A stretch of DNA of 61,870 bases, the filler included, from Dugesia japonica (taxonomy: Eukaryota), in the NCBI GenBank assembly GCA_001938525.1. It is 6 parts of 6 records of this genome, joined end to end, with 100 filler letters (N's around TTAATTAATTAA, not from the genome) between each part and the next. Parts side by side here need not be neighbours in the genome. Positions count along the whole stretch, not along the records: positions 47,785 to 61,870 come from MQRL01592501.1; 5 more parts are not named here. The stretch is one strand, 5' to 3'. Under the pieces are notes generated by a model. That model made no database searches, was not told the origin of the DNA, and was given only the letters and a program-made list of their open reading frames with translations. The stretch's first letter is position 1; the number at the start of each line of letters is the position of its first letter. The position numbers and the translations under genes are program-made. Positions 51,120 through 61,870 of this stretch are shown here, piece by piece.

Positions 51120-54100
51120 GCCTAAACAAAGTATTTGTCTACAGTAGTCTTTCAACAGTGAATAGGTAACTTTTAATTTTGAGTCTGATGTTACCAAGTT
51201 CAAAGCCACATGAGCATTATTGTCTTAAAGCATTAGACATTAAAGTTGCAGTGTTCCAGTGAACATCACCTCCTTTCAGTGAGAACAAAACATTCTTTGA
51301 TAAAAGTATCCTAAGATCCATGTACATTTTTTAATTCTTAGTCCAATTATATTAAATTAGAAGCAATGGGATAAAATTTGACAGAGAACATTAGAAACCA
51401 AAATACAGAATTTTGACATTTTTGAACAAAGTTTCGGCCAATGAAATTCGAATTCCAAATGGTTTTCTAACCAAACATGTAGATCAATCAAAATTCTAAA
51501 AAATTAAAACACTAAAAACGGTAAATTTTCCAAAAAATAGTCGGCGTAATTTGATGAAAAACCATTTGATTTCAACAACAATTTATTTTCGTTTATATTT
51601 TTGAGGTTTTCTTGCATTTGTTTTGATTATTTTCGTTATATTTTAATTAACATTGGATCAGAAAATAATTTAGTTGTAAACGTTAACAAATTTGAAAGAA
51701 TACTAAGAATAACTAACACTAATGTTAGTTAAACAAATAATTTGGAAACAAGTAGTTAATTATAGAGGTTAAATAATAATTAGAAACCTAAATTGCAAAT
51801 TAATTGCAAAATAAAAGTAATTAAAACTTAAAATGCAATTAGAATGCAATAGGAATGCACTACTAATGCAAAACAAGTTGAAATTACTAATTGGTCAATT
51901 CGAAAATTTATTATCAATTTATTGGCTGTTTATTAACAACATTTTGAACAAAATCTTTAGCAGTCAGATATACATTTAATTGTCTAACCAATCAGAAATG
52001 AAAAGTTAAAAATGTTTTGGGTTAAATAAAATATTTATATTGAAAATAAAGTATTACCAGTTAAACAAATAAATTTTAGGGAACAAAAAATAATTTTCAT
52101 CAATTAATCACTAGCATGGATAAAAGAAATTCACCAATTAGAACCAATGGTGAAGATAGTTTAGTAAAAAGCAGTGGCATATGCATTGCTGTAATTTCAC
52201 TTTTAGTCAGATTTTTATTAGCAGTGAAAACTTCGAAAGCTAGTTTAGTCAATAATAGTAAGCAAAGATATCATTGTGTTACACACCGTATGCACTAATG
52301 TGCATATTATTGGCGAATTTTTAACATCCCAATCTTAACTCAATGCATTATTTGCAGGCATGCGAGTATCTTCGATTTGTTTAGAATAATATCATTCAGA
52401 ATGTTTGTTAGGTTTTGGAAATATTTTCAATGTGTTTTATTGGGTGTTTGGTGTAATGTTTTGTAACTGAGTCGAATTATTATTATAAATCTTAGTAGCT
52501 GGTTAATTTAGCCATTTAGTTTAATTATTTATTAGATTTGAAGAATTAAATTTTGAGAATACCGTGATTAGTAAAGAACTTGATAATGCTAAGAATAAGT
52601 TTAACTAAGTTGTTGAGATGAACTTTATATTTATTAATTCTTCCCCTTTTAAAAATTACGACTTTATTGAGTTATATTCCAAAGTGGCAACTTAAAGTAA
52701 CGATTTAGGCGATCATTAACAGTAAGTGTTTTACTTAATAAAGTAAATTTTATAAATATTAGTTGAGGATTTTATTAGTATTGAAGTTATGATATAAAAG
52801 AGGTGTAAGGTGTTTTAATTGATGCATGCTAACGATTCAAGTACTTAAAGATTAGTAAAACAAATGCCAAAAGAGAACATTCTTTAGAGTAGTGGTCCTC
52901 AACCTGTGGGCCTCGGCCCTTATCCAGTCCGTAAATAAAATACTATTGGGCCGCCCAAGGATTATTAAATAATTTCATAATTAATATTTCTGAATTTATC
53001 TCGAGGTTGTATTACTTTTTGTAATAAGACAATGTAAATGATAGATAATAAAACATTCAAATTATATCAAAAAAGGAATATTGTGAAGATATAGGTAAAC
53101 TAAAGCTGTCATAGAGCAATGTTTCTCAACTAGTGGTTCGCGTTAATAATGTTTTACAGTTTACTGGTCAGCGGTGTGTTTTTGGTTTAGAAACACTGCC
53201 TTAGAGGGTATACGAAGTTGATATATCAACAATAAGCGAGAATCAAAAAATTCAAACAAACAAAAAATTGGCATGATTTTTCTGGACATAAATTTCTCGG
53301 TGACTATCGAAAATTCGGATCCTTGTTAAAATTTTACCGGGTGTCCGAGAGAAGCATAGTGCCAATGTGATGTATAGCAGATAATAAGAGGTAAAACAGT
53401 GATTTTAATTTTAGAAAGACTTTCCGAATCCCAACATAATTATTGTATTTATTATTTTTTAAGTAAAATCAATAAAATATAAAGGAAACTTTAATAAAAT
53501 GTATTTGGTGAAAATCATTTTAAAAAGACTAATTAAAATATCTTTCGTTACATTGTTAAATTGTATTTATTGGCCGAATATTTTTTTTAAATCCACCCTT
53601 TGTATTTCCTGGTGGAAAATAAAAACAGACAATTACCGAAAAGTTCGACATTGTAGAAATTCCAATTCCAATTTCTTTGGTTGCCGCCCAGACCACTTGA
53701 GAAAAATGACCTAAATAATTATACTTTTAAAAGCTTTTGTAACTAAATACATTAAATATTAAGTTGGTGTCTGTTTTGTTTTTTTTTAATTTTGATATAT
53801 ACTTGTGTTTTTTATTATTTTTTAATGTTCATCGAGAACTCCCAAATAAAGTTCTTGTTTTTTCTATATAACTTTTATGCATAAGGTTTGTTGATTTTTA
53901 GCTTTTTATTCGTACTCACCCTAAAATTTCCTATCGAATAGTATAAATTTCGATAAACTTTGAGGTATTTTTAATATTTTCAAAAAATGTCACCGAATTC
54001 CGGAAGAGCGTCTGTTAGGAAGCATTTTTCCCGAGACGATATTTTAACTTTGTACAGTCGTTTTTTCCTCCTGAGTAAAATAATACAAATTTGAGTCGAT

Positions 54101-54849
54101 AGCTGTTATCTGCGCCCAGAGGTCTGAACCCTAAACTCTGAAATTTGAGATTTTTTCACCACTAAACTTCATTTATTTCATCAAGTATTAACTTTGGCNA
54201 TTTTAGGTTAACATATTTGGAATCAGCGAAAACTTCTCTATCGAATAGACATTCTGCTAAAATATGTTAGAAGCAAAAAATTTTCAAAAAATTTTTATTT
54301 GTGAGAAATGATTGCCGTAAAGTTCTCTGCAGTTTGGTATAAACATCTTTGAAATCTGAGATATAGAACATTTTTTTTCAAAAATTTAGACTAATAACCA
54401 CAATTCCCATAAAAATTTCATTTAAATAATTTTCATATTATTTAAACAAAGTGAACGGTTTGCCTGGATTCTTATAAAAAATTCCCATAAAAATTTTTTC
54501 TTTACTAAAAAGCTTTAAAAAATATTGCCGCTTATAAAAGCCTAATAATTTTTTCCAACTAAAACCACAGGAAAATGTATAGCTACTTAATCCTATTACG
54601 TAAAAATCTCGACGATAAAATTAATCTTATTGCATAATTGGTGTGCAAAAAATTTTCCCAAATAAATACACAGGGAAAAACCATAGCCACTTAATCCAAT
54701 TTCGTAATATCACCTAATATGATGTCATTTTATAAACTTCCCTACTAAATGCATTAGGATTATGTTTCATTACATCACTAATCTGGTGGAGGGGTTACTG
54801 AATGTGTGCTGCCTATGACCCCAACTATCTATCTACTATGGTTATAGTT

Positions 54850-55691
54850 CATGATTACGGTGCATGAGCAAGCAGTTTCCATCCTTTATTAATAATTGAA
54901 TGTACTACTCGACTCTCAACATGTAGACGCACATTATCACGGTGGAAGATGGTTTGCTTCTTTTGACGCAGTCTTTTAGCTTGAATTTCACTATAGAAGC
55001 GATTGCGCTGAGTCAGATAAACTTTGTTATTGAGATTAAATTGCCTTTTACCTTTTGTCTAGAATTCATTACTGTTGCCACTCATGATTGTCCTTTCATC
55101 AGAAGCATATGTCGTAGGAGATCTCACAATATACACCACATTGTTTTATTGCAGTGGTTATCTTTTGATATTCCTTACAGTATTTGACCTACAGATTTTC
55201 AAATTTTAGTTTTTTTGAGGTTCTTGAGTAATAGTCAAGAATCATCTTCAGCAAATAGGTTTTACAGGAATTGCTCTTTTTCATTTCTCTACAGTAATTT
55301 TATGATCGATCGTGGAATTGTCAACATTGAAATCTATAACTAGCATTCTGGTTGTTAAACTGTCTTCATATTCTGCGGCAGCCAAAAGTGACTGATCATA
55401 TAAATCCGTTGGCCATCCTCTTTCTTCATCATTGCTGAAGCTTTTATCGCCTGATGTAAACTTTTTGAACTATCATTAAACCTGTTTTTAGCTGATTGTT
55501 CCTTCACTGAAAACATTTTTCAAATCACGAAAAGAATGCGCCATTTCTCAAAGAGAAAGAATAAGCCTTTTAACTCGAACTTTTTCATAAAAAAGATTAT
55601 TTTTTTAAAATCATTTATGGATTCGTTTTTGAATTTTATGAATTTATAATAAATGTTAAAACATCGTTGTTAATTATTCACCAACCTAATA
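54850..55691 (-). mobile_element. Decayed mariner transposon
   Basis: TIR tattaggttggtgaataa; HTH FKKFTSGDKSFSNDEERGWP...TTRML..FNVDNSTI; IFHRDNVRLH...GWKLLAHAP*S. Confidence 0.8.
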
Positions 55692-56502
55692 TGTTCGGAA
55701 ATATTACCTAATTACCAATTGACTTAAACTTTTATAGAAATCAACTTAAAATTTCAATATTTTCAGCAAACTACGGCCAAATGAATATTATGTGGCAATG
55801 TAATAATGTAAAATCATGCCCTAAAATAATCAAACTAAGAATCATACAAAAATCACAGCGGTTAGTAAAATTTCTTTTATATTACGTGATCCGATGATCT
55901 CTACTGGCATCATCTAATTTTACCCAAAAGTTCATAAATGTCATCTATAAACATTGAACACATGTTGATGCACATTTCCAACAAGGTTAAGTGTGTGAAC
56001 TTCAATTAGAAGCGCTGAAAAAAATTTCTAAAATCATGTATCAGTTATGTTTAACCAGTACCGGACTAAGGTTTTCAGGATTCCGGGGAAAATTGTTTCA
56101 TGTCCCTCTACTCCATTTTCCTTTGTGTAAAATTAATACAATTATTCCAAATAGTATAGCCCTGGTCAGTGGCCACTTAAAGAAAATTTCAATTGAAAAC
56201 ATGAGCATTTCTTAAATCTTGTATAATATCTTAATGTGGAACTTTTGTTTCAAAAATACATAGAAAACATGATGTTTTGTAGATTTAAATAATTTCATCC
56301 GTAACTTTACTAATTTGAAAATACTGTTAATTGAACAAAATCTTGATGTCATGGGCATAGTAAACTTGTCTTTCTATGCATTTGATTTATTTAATTTTAC
56401 AGAGAAATTTCTGCGCCCCTAGCGGTTATCTGGTTTGCCCCTCCGTAATCCAGTATTGTGTTACATTACACATTTAGAGGTTAGTTAATTATAATAATTT
56501 AC

Positions 56503-56873
56503 CAATATTGTCAACATTTAGCGGTTCAACATCATAATTAAAATTTTCCATTTCACTGTACCAATTTTTTACCATTTTTCGAATAAAATCAGAGAGCGAT
56601 CCCTTTAGTTGTATAACAATATTCTCACCAACTTCAACATCATTATAAATCCATTTGCTATAACCCAACTGATTTGTTTTAGAAATGTGATCAGCCCATT
56701 TTTGAGCCATATTTGTTAATTCCTAAATTTAAATATATTTTTTTTTAATTTTCTAGGAATATTAGTACCCACCATATTGGTATTTAATGGTTTAACTTTA
56801 TTTAATGATCTATATCCATTATGTGCTCGTAAAATTTCATTTCGAAATTCAATAATATTTTCTTCAAAGTTGT
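56503..56873 (-). CDS. CAP/SCP (GAPR-1/GLIPR2-like) domain protein, exons 56773-56873 and 56503-56722
   Basis: ILRAHNGYRSLNKVKPL|ELTNMAQKWADHI...GENI...VKNWYSEMENFNY...IG; 50-nt phase-0 intron. Confidence 0.85.
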
Positions 56874-56939
56874 CTGAAATAAATTTAGTTATTTAATTTA
56901 AAATTAAATTTAAAAAATAATAATAATAATAATAATAAT

Positions 56940-56984
<45 letters not shown>

Positions 56985-57935
56985 NNNNNNNNNNNNNNNN
57001 NNNNNNNNNNNNNNNNNNNNNNNNNNNNNNNNNNNNNNNNNNNNNNNNNNNNNNNNNNNNNNNNNNNNNNNNNNNNNNNNNNNNNNNNNNNNNNNNNNNN
57101 NNNNNNNNNNTATGATGTGTCATTGAACGCATCGATAAATGATAAAAGATATCTATAGTAAAATCATCAGCATAATCTCGTCATTCGAAAGTTTATTAAA
57201 TTCTCTAGATGTAATAAAGTAGTTTGTAATTAATTGAATTTATAGTTGTTACAAATAATTTATTGATTTACATTTAGAATATTTGAAAACCAAAACTTAC
57301 TCAGTTATATTAAATCAAAAGTCAAATCATCATATAGAAATTAAATAAAACTAAATTACCAATCCAGATTGTTTGCATAAAATTAAAGAAAATAATGAAT
57401 TGACTTAACAATAACAAATAGACTAACAACAATTAATCGTTTTGACAATAAATTGACTAAACCTTATCAATGAACAATAATGAATTGATAAACTGAAAAT
57501 TAATAATTAGTTTGACACTAAAAACTTGGTAATACTTTGTTTTGAGAATGTTCCCAATACTTCAGAATCGTTAAAATGACTGACTTATCTTACAATTTAT
57601 ATGATAACTCTTCTGTATTCAACCTTTTCTTGGTCGGATAATTTAATATTTGTCAAATTTTTTCTGTAACCTCAATTTTTTCTTTTTTGTATGAATCATT
57701 ATTTGAACTTCGTGTTTTGTGAGAATAGTATTTGAATTGTTTGATTTCACATTTATGTGCATAATTAAAATCTTTGTAAAACGTTTGAAACAGAATATTT
57801 AGAAAATCTTGAAAATGATTGCAGATATTTGTTTGAATCTTCAAATTTTTCAAATTTAATTTTTATATTTCAAAAAAACGCCTAGAAAGATTGTTATAAA
57901 TAAATAGATTGCAATTGAGATGTCTTTAATGCTAA

Positions 57936-59060
57936 TGTGGCGACCACGCCAGGTTCAAACTTGGTAACAGATTTGTTACGGTTGAGACCATTCAAGTTAA
58001 TCGACAATCTGACAGATTCTTGAAGTGCATCGGTTGATTCTTCGAAGTAGCCGAAATATGCAAAGATTTGAAGAGATAGTAATCGCCAAGTTGATTGACC
58101 CGAAATAGAAGAAAGATACGAAGCACAAGAAAACAATGTCAAAAGGTATGAAACTATAATAAATCTACTGGTGAAAAGGCCGAGAATAGTTTGGATACAA
58201 ACATGGAGACACCGATAATAATAAAGATGTCAACAATTGATGGAACGAATATTCCCTGGAAATAAGAGAAATGAGTTCAAAAAGCTTCTATTTCTGGGTA
58301 GGCAGGTTAACATCAATACACTGAATGATGAGACAAGTGACAAAGTATATGAGGATGACAGATATGAAGGTGCTAGAGATGGTGACAACCGGTATGATGC
58401 AAGTGGATAATAGCTAAATTGAGAACCACCACCAACACAGAATTTGTAGGACCGGTTGATCCTCGAGATATTGATATTTATAATGCAGGTAAATAGATTT
58501 ATATTTATATAAATAAAATATAGGAAAATATCGGAGAACGAGTTGATACTTTCAGTAATCAAAGTAGAAATATCAGTATCGCAACTGTTGAAGAATGGGA
58601 CAAAGTGTGGTTATGTATGATATAATGCAGGATAAACTGAGTATTATTATGTGCCGTTATTGATCACAAAGGAAAGACTAACGATAGTTCATTTTGCACC
58701 AAAAGAAGAATTGAGGTGGGCGTAATGATCGACAGTACAATTAGGTGGATTAACTTTAAAATTATGTAAAGATAATTTCAAGCATAATTAGTGGTAAGGA
58801 ATTACATACAAGTTTTGAATTAGAACTACATTGGATAGATAAATTAGTAAAGGAGAACCAGGACTGGATGTCCAATATCGAGCAGTATTTTGGAATGATT
58901 ATTACGGATGAAAAAAATATCAAAAATCTTTGAGTGAGATAAATACAATGGACATTTGCACGTTCAAGTAGATGATAAAGAAACATTCTAATATCTATGG
59001 AAAATAAATGGGACATAGGATGCACAAAACTGTTCAAGTATAAGTATAAACAAATGTTAA
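57936..59060 (+). mobile_element. Heavily decayed LTR retrotransposon (Gypsy-like)
   Basis: PBS-like tggcgaccacgccagg followed by purine-rich disrupted coding sequence ending WDIGCTKLFKYK (resembles the pre-RT region). Confidence 0.4.
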
Positions 59061-59129
59061 GCTTTAGATACGGATGCAAAATGCAATACAATTGTTGCAT
59101 TATTATCTTAAAAGGACAACAATTATTAA

Positions 59130-59180
<51 letters not shown>

Positions 59181-60769
59181 CATTATTATTATTANNNNNN
59201 NNNNNNNNNNNNNNNNNNNNNNNNNNNNNNNNNNNNNNNNNNNNNNNNNNNNNNNNTTATCATTTTTATCATTATTATTATTATATTAATAATCATAATA
59301 ATTTTGTATGTAAAGTAAGAATAGAAAAAACCCGAAGAGACTTTTACGATTTAAAATATGAAATTTGTTTATTTATAAATAATTTAACGATTGGATATAA
59401 AAACTTGATTAATTATTTATATAAATTATTTTACATATAATATTATTTTTCATGTAAAATAGTAATAAAAATAATTTCTGTTAAACTTTTGTGTCTAGTT
59501 ACTTTCGTATTATTTCTGCATATTAAAAGAAAATTAAATAATCTCTAATTAAATACAGAATTTCTCTAAAAGAATAGACTGAAGTATAATTAATTCATAA
59601 TTAAATAATTCATTTAAATAATTTACCTTCTTCGCTATTAAGAATAACACCCTGAATAAATTCATAAAGACATAATTAATTAAAAATAATTTTTACAAGT
59701 TTCACATTCAAACTTGTATTACTTGAGACGGTTGTTTCCTGATCAATAGGTTCTACACAATTAACAGTTTAACGAAAATAAAGAGATCTGTAAACAGATA
59801 ATTTATTTACTAACCTTTATTGAAATTGCTCTGTAAAAATATTTTTATCAATAATTTAACAAACCAAATTAAATAATAAAATCAATTATATAATTTTTAG
59901 GGGAGTCTCTTGTTAGTGTTTAAATATTTAAATCAATCCATAAAAGTTTATATAAGTCAAAGAAAACAAATGAATGAAAACTATTATTTAAATAAATTTA
60001 CCTATTTTATTTTTTATATTTTTTCTATTCTAAATTCAATTAAAATTAATGCTAAAAAAATAATTTATTTTTTTAAATTAATAAGTCTCTTTATAACAAT
60101 ATATAATAATATTTCACTATATTAAAAGCTTCGATCACTGGTTAAGTTAAAAAATTGTTCTCACAATAATTGTAATTTTAAAAATATAATAACTATATTT
60201 CAAAAAAAGTTGCTACTTATTCCAGCACCGTAAAAATGCGGATGAAACAGTGCATTTGTATAAAGCTCAAAAGAAAGTGGACTGTGGAAGCTGAATAACC
60301 AGCAGATTTTAGATGTGTTCCAAAAAATCGATACATAATAATATTTTTATAAATTTTAATAAAAATAATTATAATTTCATCATTTGTAATATGAAAAATA
60401 ATCCTATTCGTAGAATTATTTCTAAAGATAGAAACAATGTAGNCAAAATCACCTATTTACTTAGTTTTATAATTACAATGATTGCGAGAATAATTTTTGG
60501 ACTGAACTATTGATTGGTTTTGAGATTTCATCAAAATAAAGTTATAACTTCGATCAAAATATTTTATTTTATATTTTTTATTTAATTTTTATTTTGATCG
60601 AAGCTTTTACTTTATTTTAATGAAATATTTACTCTGTTCATTCCAGTGAAAAATAAAAATAATCCATTAAATATGAAAGATTCATCAAAAATTTTCTTTA
60701 ATATTTCTTAATTCACGAACAATTGATAAGCTTGTCTGTAAATTTAATATTAATCAAATTGGGAATGTG

Positions 60770-61045
60770 TTACCAAAGAACTAGGTAAAATTGATAAAAC
60801 TGACTTTATATTGAATGTTCCTATTTTTGAAGGTCTTGGTGAATTTAAAAGTGGAATGCTTAAACATACAACCTATCTTTCAAATTTTAAAATTGTCTTG
60901 TAATTGTTCAAAATAATAAATAGATTTTTTAATAAGTCTAAGACACCTTACAGACTGTATTCTGATCTTATTTATAAATACGAATATAAGGAGTATAAAG
61001 ACACATACATTAGAGAGACTTCTGTTTTCTTTGTACGAAAATTTA
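60770..61045 (+). mobile_element. Penelope-like GIY-YIG endonuclease fragment
   Basis: KSKTPYRLYSDLIYKYEYKEYKDTYIRETS is a degenerate K..P....S.VVY...C..C...YIGET. Confidence 0.6.
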
Positions 61046-61161
61046 AGAGAGTATTTTATAAGATATATTGTTGTATCGGAATTAAAAAGGTTCGGTAATG
61101 CCTATATTGTGAATTGAAATACCGGTTTTTTTAAAGAAATCTAAATTCTATTGCTTTTTCT

Positions 61162-61400
61162 TTGATTGATATTCAAGCTAATTTAAATTTTGATGAAGAT
61201 GAATTAAATGTACTGGGTGAATTTATATCTGCTTTACAACCAATTAAAATCGCAATAAAGTCTCATTTTCGTCAAAATACGAATTTACTACCAGCTGATG
61301 TCACACTAAACTTTATGATCGAGGAATTACGTAAACAAACAATATACTAAGTCATCAGCTTAAAGAAAGGTTAATAAAGACAAAGAATCGACTCAGATCT
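61162..61400 (+). mobile_element. hAT-like transposase fragment
   Basis: VLGEFISALQPIKIAIK...NLLPADVTLNFMIEEL resembles the hAT helical insertion region. Confidence 0.45.
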
Positions 61401-61870
61401 GCCAGAATTCTCACACAATTGTGATTATTAGTTAAATTCAAAATCTCACAACTTTCCATAAGTTTTTATTTATTATTAAACATATTTTGATTAAAGTGAA
61501 AAAATGATGAAAAACAAATAATCTGAGAAATTTTAATAAAATATTTTTATAAAATATTGATTTTAATTTTAAAATACTTTTATTTGACATATGTCTTTGA
61601 TTGCTTTTCAACATAATTTCATAAAATAATTTTTATACTTTTATTGTTTTGCTTGATATAATTTTTATTTTTATAATTTTTACTGATAATTAGAATTAGT
61701 CATTTGGTATAATTTTGAATAATGTATTTTTTGGTATTTTTCATTTTAAATAATTTTAGTAATCCATTCTCTTTCATCCTTTTTTTTAATTTTGGAAAGA
61801 AAAATTACTCGGTGAAGTCGAATCTGGTTACTTTTATTAAGAAATTTCTTTGGGATTGTCAATTTTTGTT

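Noticed and set aside
53330-54400. Possible Tc1/maT-type transposon remnant
   Set aside because: Only a TIR-like end (aaatccaccct) is visible, with no convincing catalytic motifs.
58997-59440. ORFs with poly-L/I/N/Y or X runs (also 18916-19116, 24397-24592, 43301-43679)
   Set aside because: They are translations of (AAT)n microsatellites and N gaps.

Overview
AT-rich, repeat-dense eukaryotic (metazoan) DNA with ~45-55 nt introns and (AAT)n microsatellites. A planarian flatworm is my guess, not something I can show. The window is not one locus. Five identical 100-nt linkers (44 N + TTAATTAATTAA + 44 N) join contigs of ~9-10 kb, so adjacency across a linker means nothing. Main discovery (828-8940, minus strand): an array of diverged two-exon cassettes. 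Each has a 48/51-nt Cys-loop exon followed by an 88-118-nt MAM-like exon. Eight pairs are intact and four exons are orphaned or broken. Every cassette starts in phase 2 and ends in phase 0, so cassettes cannot be chained in frame. A shared intronic motif sits ~45-75 nt upstream of nearly every cassette. This looks like a Dscam-style mutually exclusive splicing cluster with selector sequences. Other host genes: a Raw/OLRN-1-like NDT-domain gene, an FLVCR-family MFS transporter and a CAP/GAPR-1-like gene. The rest is mostly decayed mobile DNA. It includes Polinton/Maverick (adintovirus-like) pieces (pPolB, integrase, penton, major capsid, basic amphipathic protein and a spliced acidic accessory gene), Ty3/Gypsy elements, Penelope-like elements with minimal hammerhead ribozymes, mariner and hAT remnants, and MITEs.
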